Source: Sphingopyxis sp.
Lineage (GTDB): Bacteria > Pseudomonadota > Alphaproteobacteria > Sphingomonadales > Sphingomonadaceae
DNA: 64,000 bases
Assembly: GCA_030145715.1 (NCBI GenBank)
Contig: JAIXHQ010000001.1
Coordinates: 65,701 to 129,700, forward strand
Reading direction: 5' to 3'
The position numbers were made by a program, and so were the translations under genes. Below the pieces are notes generated by a model. It was not told where the DNA came from and searched no databases. It saw only the letters and a program-made list of their open reading frames with translations. Shown in pieces: positions 35,093 to 44,776 of this stretch. Numbering within the stretch: position 1 is the stretch's first letter; every line of letters begins with the position of its first letter.

Positions 35093-37270
35093 TCAATCCG
35101 CATAATAGGGACGATATGCCTTCAGAAAGGTGCCGCCGTCTTCATAACCGGCGCGCTCCTGTTCGCGGACGTCGACCAGCGTCATCACCGCGCCCAAAAT
35201 CTCCGCATGGACGTCGTACAGCCGCCGCAGCGCCACCGACGCCGCCTTTGTCGGCGTCTTGCGCCAGCGCACCAGGAACACCACCCCGTCGGCCATGCTG
35301 GCGATCACGCGCGCCTCGTCGACCGGCAGCACCGGCGGCGTGTCGAGGATCACCAGATCATATCGCCCGCGCACCTCATGGATCAGCTCCGCCAGTCGCG
35401 GGCTTTCGGTCAGGCCGATGCCCTGGGATTCGGCGCGCTGCGGAAGCAGGAAGGCGTCGGACAGGCTGTCCTTGACGATCGCCTGTTCCAGCGTCGCCTG
35501 CCCCGCCAGCACATCGTCCAGCCCCAGCGTCACGCCGTCGGCGAACTGTCGGCTGGAGGCGCGGCGGCGCGCGTCGACATCGATCAACAGCACCTTGCCT
35601 CCCGCCGCGGCAACCGCGCGGGCAAGCCCCATGGCGGTCGTCGTCTTGCCCTCGCCGGGCACGGCAGAGGTGATCGCGACGACGCGGATCGGCTTGCTCG
35701 CCTCGGCGAACTGGATCGACGTGCGCAGCGTTCGGAACGCCTCGGCATAGGTCGACTGCGGCCGTTTGAGCAGCAGCTCGGCGGGCGGCGCGGGCGGGCC
35801 CAGCTTGCGATACCCCGGCAGCGTGTTGGCATCGGGGATCGACGCGAGCGTCGGCAGCCCCAGGACATTCTCGATCGCGTCGCTCGATTCGATCCCACGT
35901 TCCAAAAGCTGAAGCAGGACGACCAGCAGCACGCCGACGCCCAGCCCGCCGACCACCGCCATCGCGGCATAGATCAGCATATTGGGGGAACTCGGCGCAT
36001 TGGGCACCCGGGCGCGGCTGACGATATAGGCATCGCTGCGTTCCAGTCCCGATTGCGCGACGGTCTGGCGATAACGGTCGAGAAACGCCTGATAGAGCGT
36101 GCGCGCCGATTCCGCGTTGCGTTCCAGTTCGCCCAGCCGCACCGACGCTTCATTGTCGCTGGCCAGCTTGCCCTGCGACTGCGCGACCGAACCCGCGAGC
36201 GATCCCGCCCGCTGGCTGGCGATGCTCGCCTGGATCGACACGTTGGACACGATACGCTGAACTTCGGCGGCGATCCCCTGGTCGGCGGCGCGAAGCTGGC
36301 TCTGCGCGCGAACCAGCTCGGGATGGAGTGGGCCATAGCGTTTTTCCAGCGCCGCCACTTCGCGGGCAGCCTGGGCACGCTGCGCGCGCAACTGGCTGAC
36401 CACCGGGGAATCGAGCGAATCGCCCAGTTCTTCGCCGCTCCGTCCGCGACCAAGTTGGGCGCGGGCGGCGGAAAGGCGCGCCTGCGCCGCGGCATTTTCC
36501 GCCTTGGCCTGCGCCAATTGGGTCGAAAGCCCGGACAGTTCCTGCTGCGTCACCGTGCTCGCTTCGGATACGGCGAAAAGATTATGCGCCGATCGATAAT
36601 CGGCGACTTCGCGCTCGGCGCTCAGCACCTGCGCGCGCAATTCCTCCAGCCGTTGCTCCAGGAATTTGCGCGCCCGCGCCGTCGCCTCGGTCTTTGAACC
36701 CGTCTGGCCCGCGACATAATCATCGACCATCGCGTTCGCGATCTGCGCCGATTCCACCGGCGTACTGCCTTCATAGGAAACGCTGATCGCATAGGACAGC
36801 CCGTCGCGCTTGACGGTCAGGCCGCCCAGCAGCGTTCCGATCGCGCGCTGCCGACCGATAAGGTCGGGTTTCGCGGTCGCGCTTCCCTGCTCTGCCGCGC
36901 TGTTGAACGCCGGGTCTTTGGCCAGCCGCAACCGGTCGACCACGCGCCCGATCAGTTCGGGCGATCGCAGCGCCTGCACCTCGGTATCGACCGCCGCCGA
37001 ATCGGGGTCGGTGGTCGGCACGACCGAATCGACGTTGATGACCCGTTCGGCGGTGCGTTCGAGCGCGACCTGCGCGGTGGCAAGGTAGCGCGGCTCGGCG
37101 GCAAGATAGGCGGCGGCAGCGATCACCGCCGCCGCGAACATCGCCGCACACAGCACCATCCATCGTCGGCGCAGCACGGCGCCGACGCGGCGCAGGTCGA
37201 TGAGCGCCGCCCGGTCGACCTGCGGGTCGGCTTCTCGGCGGGACGGCGTACGCCGCGTCGCTGTTTCCAT
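35093..37270 (-). CDS. wzc: Wzc/GumC-type polysaccharide co-polymerase and tyrosine autokinase
   Basis: Two TMs flanking a coiled coil; EAFRTLRT, Walker A GEGKT, DTPPVL, Tyr-rich tail (AYRPYYAD). Confidence 0.9.
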   Translation of the reverse strand: METATRRTPSRREADPQVDRAALIDLRRVGAVLRRRWMVLCAAMFAAAVIAAAAYLAAEPRYLATAQVALERTAERVINVDSVVPTTDPDSAAVDTEVQALRSPELIGRVVDRLRLAKDPAFNSAAEQGSATAKPDLIGRQRAIGTLLGGLTVKRDGLSYAISVSYEGSTPVESAQIANAMVDDYVAGQTGSKTEATARARKFLEQRLEELRAQVLSAEREVADYRSAHNLFAVSEASTVTQQELSGLSTQLAQAKAENAAAQARLSAARAQLGRGRSGEELGDSLDSPVVSQLRAQRAQAAREVAALEKRYGPLHPELVRAQSQLRAADQGIAAEVQRIVSNVSIQASIASQRAGSLAGSVAQSQGKLASDNEASVRLGELERNAESARTLYQAFLDRYRQTVAQSGLERSDAYIVSRARVPNAPSSPNMLIYAAMAVVGGLGVGVLLVVLLQLLERGIESSDAIENVLGLPTLASIPDANTLPGYRKLGPPAPPAELLLKRPQSTYAEAFRTLRTSIQFAEASKPIRVVAITSAVPGEGKTTTAMGLARAVAAAGGKVLLIDVDARRRASSRQFADGVTLGLDDVLAGQATLEQAIVKDSLSDAFLLPQRAESQGIGLTESPRLAELIHEVRGRYDLVILDTPPVLPVDEARVIASMADGVVFLVRWRKTPTKAASVALRRLYDVHAEILGAVMTLVDVREQERAGYEDGGTFLKAYRPYYAD

Positions 37271-37271
37271 G

Positions 37272-38129
37272 TTACGCGGCTGCCAGAAAGGCGCGGACGG
37301 CCGGTGCGATGTCGGGACGCGCCAGCGCCATGGCCAGCGTCGCGGTCACGAAACCGCTCTTGTCGCCGCAATCATAGCGATTGCCCGCAAAGGTCACGCC
37401 GTGAAAGGGCTGTTCACCGATCATCCTCGCCAGCGCGTCGGTCAACTGAATCTCCCCGCCAGCGCCTTCTTCCTGGCTGCTGAGAACATGCATCACCTGC
37501 GGCTGAAGGATATAGCGGCCGATCACCGCCAGGTTCGACGGCGCAACGTCGGGCGCGGGCTTTTCGACCAGTCCCTTGACCTCGGTTATCGCCCCGGCGC
37601 GCGTGCCCGGGGTCACGATGCCATATTTATAGGTGTCCTCTGCGGCCACTTCCTCGGTGCAGATCAAATTGCCGCCCAGTTCGGCATAGGCTTCGACCAT
37701 CTGTTTCAGGCAGCCGGGTTCGCCGACCATCAGGTCGTCGGGCAACAGGACGGCAAAAGGCTCGTCGCCCACGATATGACGGGCGCACCAGACCGCATGG
37801 CCCAGCCCCAGCGGCTCCTGCTGCCGCACGATCGCGATGTCGCCGGGCGGGGGCCTGGTGCCGTCAAGCGCGGCGAGCGACTTGCCGCGCCGCGCCATCG
37901 CCTCTTCCAGTTCGAACGCATGATCGAAATGGTCTTCGATCAGGCTCTTGCCCCGGCTGGTCACGAAAATAAACTGTTCGATGCCCGCTTCGCGCGCCTC
38001 GTCGACGGCATATTGAATCAGCGGCCTGTCGACCACCGGCAGCATCTCCTTGGGCATCGACTTGGTCGCCGGCAGGAACCGGGTCCCAAGGCCGCCAATG
38101 GGGAACACGGCCTTGCGTATCTTTCGCAT
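37272..38129 (-). CDS. galU: UTP-glucose-1-phosphate uridylyltransferase
   Basis: GLGTRFLPATKSMPKEMLPVVDRP, QEPLGLGHAV, EIQLTDA. Confidence 0.96.
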   Translation of the reverse strand: MRKIRKAVFPIGGLGTRFLPATKSMPKEMLPVVDRPLIQYAVDEAREAGIEQFIFVTSRGKSLIEDHFDHAFELEEAMARRGKSLAALDGTRPPPGDIAIVRQQEPLGLGHAVWCARHIVGDEPFAVLLPDDLMVGEPGCLKQMVEAYAELGGNLICTEEVAAEDTYKYGIVTPGTRAGAITEVKGLVEKPAPDVAPSNLAVIGRYILQPQVMHVLSSQEEGAGGEIQLTDALARMIGEQPFHGVTFAGNRYDCGDKSGFVTATLAMALARPDIAPAVRAFLAAA

Positions 38130-38232
38130 CTTTCCACCCTTTTCTGGTCACTGGGTTCCCCCCCAAAAACCAGCAATCGGATCGTCAGCCACGATCGCCA
38201 CGCGCTGACAAACGGGACGTGTGCATTTACGC

Positions 38233-38244
38233 TGCATTGCAGCA
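38233..38244. promoter_or_regulatory. GCTGCA-T-TGCAGC palindrome (PhaR-like) upstream of galU
   Basis: TGCATTGCAGCA. Confidence 0.55.
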
Positions 38245-38287
38245 AGAGCCGGGCGCCGAAGCGTGTTCAATCTGCGCCCGACTTATT

Positions 38288-39256
38288 TCAGAGCTTGGGC
38301 GGCGTCCCGGCAAAGGACACACCGCCCGGCACGGTCCCGCCGCCGCGCGACCGCACCAGCGGGGTGCCCGGCGGCACCTGGATGTCGTGCGAACCGATGA
38401 TAATCCGCGCGGGACCGTTGTTGACGTCAAAGATCGGCCACCCCCGGTCGCTTTTCACCGTCAGATGCTCGATATAGATCAGCAGCGGTTCCTGCGCGCC
38501 CTTGGTCGCCATGATCGAAAAGTGATTCGTGTCGCCGATGCCGCCGATCTTGATCGGGTCCAGGCTGATAAGCCGCGTCGCGCGGATGCTCGACCACAGC
38601 CGGAAATTGCGCGCGTTGCGCCCGCTGACGCAATCGTCGAGGGTCGTCTCGGTCGATTTCAGGTCGAATCCGCCGTCGCTATTGTCCCACGCGGCGCATT
38701 GGCGGAACAGAAAGCGCGCATTGCCGCGCTCGGTCGAAAAACCGTCGCCGTTCCAATATTGCTTGTCCTTACGCTGCCACTGGAACCCGCGCATGAAACA
38801 CCGCTCGATCCGAAAATCATGCGCCGTGTCGGCAAAGGCGATTCCCACCGGCAGGTCGGTCGATCCCGTCGCCAGCGTCCCGCTGGCGCTGACATCCTGA
38901 ATCGTGCCGTGACTGCTGTCGTAACGGATACGCGCAAAGCTGCGCACCAGGCCGGTTGCCCGCGCCCCGCGGACGTGAAGCCCGGTGCTGCCCGCGTTGA
39001 CCAGTTCCGGCGCCGCCGTATTTTCGATGACGCGATAGCCGCCGTCGACCCGGATGTTGGAAATCTGCACGTCGCGGACGGGTTCGCGGACGACGAACAG
39101 GCCGTTGCCGACGTCGCGCGCGCGGACGCCGCGATAAACGCCCCGCGATCGGACATAATAGACAGGCTGTCCGCCTGCGGCGATATGAATCGCGTCCATC
39201 GCGATACGGGACGGCGGGGGAGCCATGCGGTGCTGGATAATCGCGCCGCCGGACAC
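38288..39256 (-). CDS. Right-handed parallel beta-helix protein (polysaccharide lyase/modifier-like)
   Basis: YWNGDGFSTERGN, NSDGGFDLKS, N.RNFRLW beta-helix motifs. Start uncertain (GTG 39256 or ATG ~39226). Confidence 0.7.
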   Translation of the reverse strand: MSGGAIIQHRMAPPPSRIAMDAIHIAAGGQPVYYVRSRGVYRGVRARDVGNGLFVVREPVRDVQISNIRVDGGYRVIENTAAPELVNAGSTGLHVRGARATGLVRSFARIRYDSSHGTIQDVSASGTLATGSTDLPVGIAFADTAHDFRIERCFMRGFQWQRKDKQYWNGDGFSTERGNARFLFRQCAAWDNSDGGFDLKSTETTLDDCVSGRNARNFRLWSSIRATRLISLDPIKIGGIGDTNHFSIMATKGAQEPLLIYIEHLTVKSDRGWPIFDVNNGPARIIIGSHDIQVPPGTPLVRSRGGGTVPGGVSFAGTPPKL

Positions 39257-39343
39257 GGCCAGCGCGATGCGGCATGGCGTGGCCCAGCCGCGATCAATGC
39301 CGCGACGGGCACCGACGTCGCGGCGTCACACGCGCGGCATCCG

Positions 39344-40588
39344 TCAAATGGAAAGTCCCCATATGGGAAGGCCGACGACAAGCCGCGTCCGGCTGAACCG
39401 GCGAAAGCCCGCTTCACCCGAATCGATGGGATCCGGTATCGCCATCGCATCTTTCCCCATGGAGGGCGTCCGCCCGTTGATCGCGATCGCGGACGACAGC
39501 GTTCGCTGAACCACCGTCCGCCGTTCGGCGGCATCGCGTCCGAAATAATGAAGGGCGGGCGGCGGCGGGCCCTCGTGGAGCGCCGCGATCGCATCCTTGA
39601 TCCGGGCATAGTTGCACAGCGGCAGGATCGGCGCGCAAACCGCTTCGCGCAGCACCAGCATGTCCGCGCGCGCGTGGCGTATGATGTAAAGCGGCAGTCC
39701 GGCGCCCCGCGCTTCGGCGGCCATCACCTCGCCGCCACGCGCGCGGGCGTCGTCCAACAGCCGCGCCAGCCGCTCCGGATCATGATGCACGGGGCGCGCC
39801 GCCCCTGCGGCGGGCTCCATCGCCGCGCGCCACAACCATGCGGCGACCGCTTCCTCCTGATCGTCGGGCACCAACAGATAATCGGGCGCCGGGAACCAAG
39901 GGTCGCCGCCGGACCGCCTGTGTGCGACAATATTGTCCGCCGCCGCCGCGACATCGGCGGACCGGCCCAATATCGCGGCCGACCTGCCCGAAAGCATGAC
40001 GCCCCCCGCGCCGCCCCCCACCTGTCCGCCCGTTGCGAGCAGGTCGACCGCCCCGTCGGCCAGTACGCCACCGGGCACAATCGTCACTTCCAGCGCGTCG
40101 AAAAAATCGGGCAGCAGCCGCGCGATCAGGTCGGAGAGGTTGGGCGACCCCGCGCCGAATTGCAGCACCGCCCGATTGCCCGCGGCCAACGCCCCCGCAA
40201 GACCATCCACCGCCTGGACCAGCGGCATCGGTCCGCGCACCGATATGCCGACGACGCCGATCGGCAGATGCTCGATATGGTCGCCGCCGCCCAGCCGCGC
40301 GATCAGGCTGCGGCGTACGCGCCTGTCCATCCATGCGCCGACGCCGTCGATTGCCGCGCGCAGGATGCCAAGCGCCGGCGCGACTTCGGCAAGCCACGCC
40401 GACTCGGCATCGCGATTCGCCCCGTCGGCGACCAGCGCCGCGCACAGCGCGTCGCCATGTTGTTCGATCAAATCGGCCGCGCGGGTCAACCGATCACGGC
40501 GGACGGCCAGCGACACGGGCAGTTCGGCAAAAAACGCCGCGCGTTGCGCTTCCAGCATCCCCTCCATTCCCCCACTTGTCGCATCCAT
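39344..40588 (-). CDS. Aldehyde dehydrogenase-like protein with degenerate catalytic motifs
   Basis: Fold markers P.GVVGI, ALAAGNR, APDYLLVP, PILP, ALHYFG and G..GFRRFS are present; the catalytic Cys/Glu motifs are replaced. Confidence 0.75.
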   Translation of the reverse strand: MDATSGGMEGMLEAQRAAFFAELPVSLAVRRDRLTRAADLIEQHGDALCAALVADGANRDAESAWLAEVAPALGILRAAIDGVGAWMDRRVRRSLIARLGGGDHIEHLPIGVVGISVRGPMPLVQAVDGLAGALAAGNRAVLQFGAGSPNLSDLIARLLPDFFDALEVTIVPGGVLADGAVDLLATGGQVGGGAGGVMLSGRSAAILGRSADVAAAADNIVAHRRSGGDPWFPAPDYLLVPDDQEEAVAAWLWRAAMEPAAGAARPVHHDPERLARLLDDARARGGEVMAAEARGAGLPLYIIRHARADMLVLREAVCAPILPLCNYARIKDAIAALHEGPPPPALHYFGRDAAERRTVVQRTLSSAIAINGRTPSMGKDAMAIPDPIDSGEAGFRRFSRTRLVVGLPIWGLSI

Positions 40589-40637
40589 CTTCTAATCGGA
40601 CGCCGACGCGTGGCAAGTTCAAGTCGAAACGTTTTGT

Positions 40638-40649
40638 TGCAGTGCAGCC
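40638..40649. promoter_or_regulatory. TGC-N3-GCA box (PhaR-like) between the ALDH-like gene and ugd
   Basis: TGTTGCAGTGCAGC. A second variant, TTCGCAGGCGCAGCA, lies at 40819-40833. Confidence 0.5.
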
Positions 40650-40869
40650 AATCGGCCCCCGGATCGTTTGAGCAAAGCCGCAAGCCATCGCCGCCTAACA
40701 TTTTGAATTTCGTACATTTGTCCCATTTTGAATCGCGTTTGGGACGACAATCGCTTCGCCTTTCAATTCGCTCTGTTCAAAGCTGCCAAGTTGACCCTGT
40801 GCCCCGACACGGTGATTGTTCGCAGGCGCAGCAAAAAGCGCCTTCGCATAATAAAGGGAGCAACGCGTA

Positions 40870-42222
40870 ATGCGTATCGTGATGATCGGGTCCGGCTATG
40901 TCGGGCTCGTTTCGGGCGCATGTTTTGCCGATTTCGGCCATCATGTGACCTGTGTCGACAAGGACGCCAACAAGATCGCCAGCCTTCGTGCCGGCGGCAT
41001 CCCCATCTATGAGCCCGGACTGGACGATCTGGTCGCGCGCAATGTCGCGGCGGGCAATCTTGATTTCACGACCGAGCTTTCGGACGCCGTCGGCGCCGCC
41101 GATGTTGTGTTCATCGCCGTCGGTACGCCCAGCCGCCGCGGCGACGGCCATGCCGACCTGTCCTATGTCCACGATGCGGCGCGCGAAATCGCCGGGGCGC
41201 TCAGCGGCTTTACCGTGATCGTCACCAAATCGACCGTGCCCGTCGGCACCGGCGACGAGGTCGAACGGATCATCCGCGATTGCAACCCCGTCGCTGAGTT
41301 CGCGGTCGCCTCCAACCCCGAATTTCTGCGCGAAGGCGCGGCGATCGAGGATTTCAAGCGCCCCGACCGCGTCGTGATCGGCATAGAGGATGATCGCGCC
41401 CGTGCCCCGCTGGAGGAAGTCTATCGTCCGCTGTCGCTCAACAAGGCGCCGGTCATCTTCACCCGCCGCCGCACCAGCGAGCTGACGAAATATGCCGCGA
41501 ACGCCTTCCTCGCGATGAAGATCACCTTCATCAACGAAATCGCCGACCTGTGCGAACGTGTCGGCGCCGATGTTCAGGAGGTCGCGCGCGGCATCGGGCT
41601 CGACAACCGGATCGGCGGCAAGTTCCTGAACGCGGGTCCGGGCTATGGCGGATCCTGTTTTCCCAAGGACACGCTGGCACTGATGAAGACGGCGCAGGAC
41701 CATGACGCCCCGCTTCGGCTGGTCGAGGCGACGGTCGCGGTCAACGATCAGCGCAAGCGCGCCATGGGGCGCAAGGTGATCGCCGCGATGGACGGACAGG
41801 TGCGCGACCGCACCGTCGCGATCCTCGGCCTGACCTTCAAACCGAACACCGACGACATGCGCGACGCGCCTTCGATCGCGATCATTCAGGCGTTGCAGGA
41901 CGCCGGCGCAAAGGTGCGCGCCTATGACCCCGAGGGGATGGACGCCGCCGCCAAGGTGCTGACCGACGTGGAATACAGCACATCCGCCTATGCGGCCGCC
42001 GACGGCGCGGCGGCGACGGTGATCGTTACCGAATGGGACGCTTTCCGTGCGCTCGACCTTGGGCGACTGGCGGCGACGATGGCCGACCCGGTGCTCGTCG
42101 ACCTGCGCAACATCTATCCGCCCGAACGGGTCGAGGCGGCGGGCCTGCGCCATGTCGGCGTCGGCCGTCCGGCCCCGCGGGACGACAGCGACGACACCTC
42201 TGACGCAAGGCAGGCAGCATGA
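40870..42222 (+). CDS. ugd: UDP-glucose 6-dehydrogenase
   Basis: GSGYVGL, KSTVPVGT, NPEFLREG, GYGGSCFPKD, FKPNTDDMR. Confidence 0.96.
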   Translation: MRIVMIGSGYVGLVSGACFADFGHHVTCVDKDANKIASLRAGGIPIYEPGLDDLVARNVAAGNLDFTTELSDAVGAADVVFIAVGTPSRRGDGHADLSYVHDAAREIAGALSGFTVIVTKSTVPVGTGDEVERIIRDCNPVAEFAVASNPEFLREGAAIEDFKRPDRVVIGIEDDRARAPLEEVYRPLSLNKAPVIFTRRRTSELTKYAANAFLAMKITFINEIADLCERVGADVQEVARGIGLDNRIGGKFLNAGPGYGGSCFPKDTLALMKTAQDHDAPLRLVEATVAVNDQRKRAMGRKVIAAMDGQVRDRTVAILGLTFKPNTDDMRDAPSIAIIQALQDAGAKVRAYDPEGMDAAAKVLTDVEYSTSAYAAADGAAATVIVTEWDAFRALDLGRLAATMADPVLVDLRNIYPPERVEAAGLRHVGVGRPAPRDDSDDTSDARQAA

Positions 42223-43232
42223 CCGCGCGCAGCCCCATCCTCGTCACCGGCGCCGCCGGCTTCATCGGCCATGCGGTGTCGGAACGGCTGCTGGCGCGCG
42301 GTGAGCGCGTCATCGGCCTCGATAATTTCACCGACTATTATGACGTCGCGCTGAAAAAGGCGCGCACGGCGCGGCTGGTCGACAATTTCAATTTCCGGCT
42401 GATCGACGGCGACGTCGCCAGCCCCGGACTGGTCAGCGAACTGGTGGAGGCGAACGGCGTGCGCCGCATCGTCCACCTCGCGGCCCAGGCGGGCGTGCGC
42501 TACAGTCTCGAAAATCCCTTCGCCTATGAACATAGCAATCTGAAAGGGCATCTGTCCGTCCTCGAAGCGGCGCGGCACGCGGGCAATATCGACCATCTCG
42601 TCTATGCCTCGTCCAGTTCGGTCTATGGCGACCGGCCGCTTGGCGGGACCGGCTTTCGCGAGGACGAACCCTGCACCGCGCCCGTTTCGCTTTATGCGGC
42701 GACCAAGCGCAGTTGCGAATTGATGAGCCAAAGCTACGCCACGCTTTACGGCCTGCCGCTCAGCGGGCTGCGCTTCTTCACCGTCTATGGCCCCTGGGGC
42801 CGGCCCGACATGGCCTATTATGGCTTCGCGCAGAAAATCCTGCTCGGCCAGTCGATCGAGGTGTTCGGCGAAGGGCGGATGGCGCGCGACTTTACCTATA
42901 TCGACGACATCGTCGATGGCGTGGTCGGCGTGCTCGACAAGCCCGCGGCGAAGGGCGAGCATCGTCTGCTCAACATCGGCGACTGCAATCCGGTCGGACT
43001 GATGGACATGATCGCGCTGCTCGAACGCGCGCTCGGACGCCCTGCGATCAAGTTGATGCGGCCGATGCAGCCGGGCGACGTGACCGCGACCTATGCCGAC
43101 ATCTCGGCGATCAACGCGCTGACCGGATATAGTCCTAAAGTGCCGCTCGCGCGCGGGATCGAACGGTTCGTGGATTGGTATCTGGGTGAAATCGAAAGTG
43201 GCGGAAGAGGACCGATGGCAGCGGTGGCCTGA
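42219..43232 (+). CDS. NAD-dependent epimerase, UDP-glucuronate 4-epimerase-like
   Basis: TGAAGFIG, HLAAQAGVRYS, YAATK, RFFTVYGPWGRPDMA, MQPGDV. Confidence 0.92.
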   Translation: MTARSPILVTGAAGFIGHAVSERLLARGERVIGLDNFTDYYDVALKKARTARLVDNFNFRLIDGDVASPGLVSELVEANGVRRIVHLAAQAGVRYSLENPFAYEHSNLKGHLSVLEAARHAGNIDHLVYASSSSVYGDRPLGGTGFREDEPCTAPVSLYAATKRSCELMSQSYATLYGLPLSGLRFFTVYGPWGRPDMAYYGFAQKILLGQSIEVFGEGRMARDFTYIDDIVDGVVGVLDKPAAKGEHRLLNIGDCNPVGLMDMIALLERALGRPAIKLMRPMQPGDVTATYADISAINALTGYSPKVPLARGIERFVDWYLGEIESGGRGPMAAVA

Positions 43233-43269
43233 GCCGGACAATCCGGCCGGACGCCTTTGGAGTTAGAAG

Positions 43270-44460
43270 ATGCTGCAACGGACGAATATGTCTGCCAGCG
43301 ACCCCGCAGGGTCGCCCACGATCTGCGTGACCGGGCTACGCGGCTTTCCCCATGTCATGGGCGGGGTCGAAAGCCATTGCGAGGAACTGCTTCCGCGCAT
43401 CAAGACGCTGTGGCCCGACCATCGCTCGGTCGTGCTTGGCCGCGCACCCTATCTGCCCGAACCTATTGGCGAGCATCGCGGCGTCGAGATCATCGGCCTC
43501 CCCTGCCCGCGCTCCCAGCATCTGGAGGCGGTGGTATCGACGCTGCTCGCCGTCCTGTCCGCGCGTCGGCGCGGCGCCGGACTGATCCATATCCATGCGA
43601 TCGGCCCCGGCCTGCTGGCCCCTCTCGCCCGGATGCTCGGCCTGAAAGTCGTGGTGACGCATCATGGCACCGACTATCATCGCGCCAAATGGGGCCTTTT
43701 CGCCCGCACCGCCCTGCGCACGGGTGAATGGCTGGCGCTCAGCTTCGCCAACCGGGTCATCGCCGTGTCGCCGTCGCTTGCCGCGCAGTTGCGCCGCAAT
43801 TTCCCGAAACGCGCGGACGCGATCACCTATATTCCCAACGGCACCTCGGACCTGCCCGGCGATGCCGATCCCGCGCTGGCGCTCGAACGGATCGGCGTCG
43901 ATGACGGCGATTTCCTGCTCGCCGTCGCGCGGCTCGTCCCCGAAAAGGGCCTGCACGACCTGATCGACGCCTATGAGCGGTCGAACTGCACCGCAAAGCT
44001 CGTCATCGCCGGGTCGGCGGATCATGAAAGCGCCTATGCCCGCGACCTGCTCGCGCGCGCCAGCGACCGGATCATCTTTGCCGGTGTCCAGTCGCGCGCA
44101 ACATTGAAATGCCTGTATGAACACTGCGCCCTGTTCGTGATGCCCTCTTATCACGAGGGGCTTCCGATCGCGGCGCTGGAGGCGGCAAGCTGCGGCGCGC
44201 GGATGTTGTTGAGCGACATTCCGGCCAATCTCGACATCGGGCTCGATCCGCGGAATTATTTCCCCATGGGCGATGTCGCGGCGCTGACTGATCGGCTGAA
44301 CGCCGACTGCGCGGATTTTCAGGTCGATCGCGACACCGTCCGCGCCCGTTTCAGTTGGGACAAGGCGGCGGCGGATACGCTCGACGTCTATCGCGCCGCG
44401 CTGGCCAAGGGGCGGCCGGTGCCGCGCCCCGCCGCCTATCCGGGTGCGGTCGAGGCCTAG
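43270..44460 (+). CDS. Glycosyltransferase family 4
   Basis: GLRGFP...GGVE.HCE, RLVPEKG, EGLPIAALEA. Confidence 0.9.
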   Translation: MLQRTNMSASDPAGSPTICVTGLRGFPHVMGGVESHCEELLPRIKTLWPDHRSVVLGRAPYLPEPIGEHRGVEIIGLPCPRSQHLEAVVSTLLAVLSARRRGAGLIHIHAIGPGLLAPLARMLGLKVVVTHHGTDYHRAKWGLFARTALRTGEWLALSFANRVIAVSPSLAAQLRRNFPKRADAITYIPNGTSDLPGDADPALALERIGVDDGDFLLAVARLVPEKGLHDLIDAYERSNCTAKLVIAGSADHESAYARDLLARASDRIIFAGVQSRATLKCLYEHCALFVMPSYHEGLPIAALEAASCGARMLLSDIPANLDIGLDPRNYFPMGDVAALTDRLNADCADFQVDRDTVRARFSWDKAAADTLDVYRAALAKGRPVPRPAAYPGAVEA

Positions 44461-44462
44461 CC

Positions 44463-44744
44463 CTAACCGCCAAGCCGCGCGACGACCATCGCGCGGTCTG
44501 TCGCATCGATCGGCCCGCTGACGTCGATGCCGCCGTCGGTTCGCGTCGCAACGCCGGCCACCGGATGCCAGGCATTCGCCCGCCACTCCCAGCTTCGCAC
44601 GCGCCAGCGCCCCGGCCCATCGGCATCGATCGCCAGCGTCGGCCGCCCCGACCTCTCGGTCCCCGCGCCTGCTTCGGCCTTCGCCGTACAGACGCTGGCG
44701 GCGGCAGTGCCCGCCATTGCGGTCATCATCGTTCGTCGATCCAT
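44463..44744 (-). CDS. Small hypothetical protein with twin-arginine-like signal peptide
   Basis: MDRRTMMTAMAGTAAASVCTAKAEA; strong AGGAGG RBS. Confidence 0.65.
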   Translation of the reverse strand: MDRRTMMTAMAGTAAASVCTAKAEAGAGTERSGRPTLAIDADGPGRWRVRSWEWRANAWHPVAGVATRTDGGIDVSGPIDATDRAMVVARLGG

Positions 44745-44776
44745 CGAATAACCTCCTAGGGAAAGGGCCGCAAAAA

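Noticed and set aside
38219-40870. 883-aa + strand ORF
   Set aside because: Antisense to the beta-helix and ALDH-like genes; no motifs.
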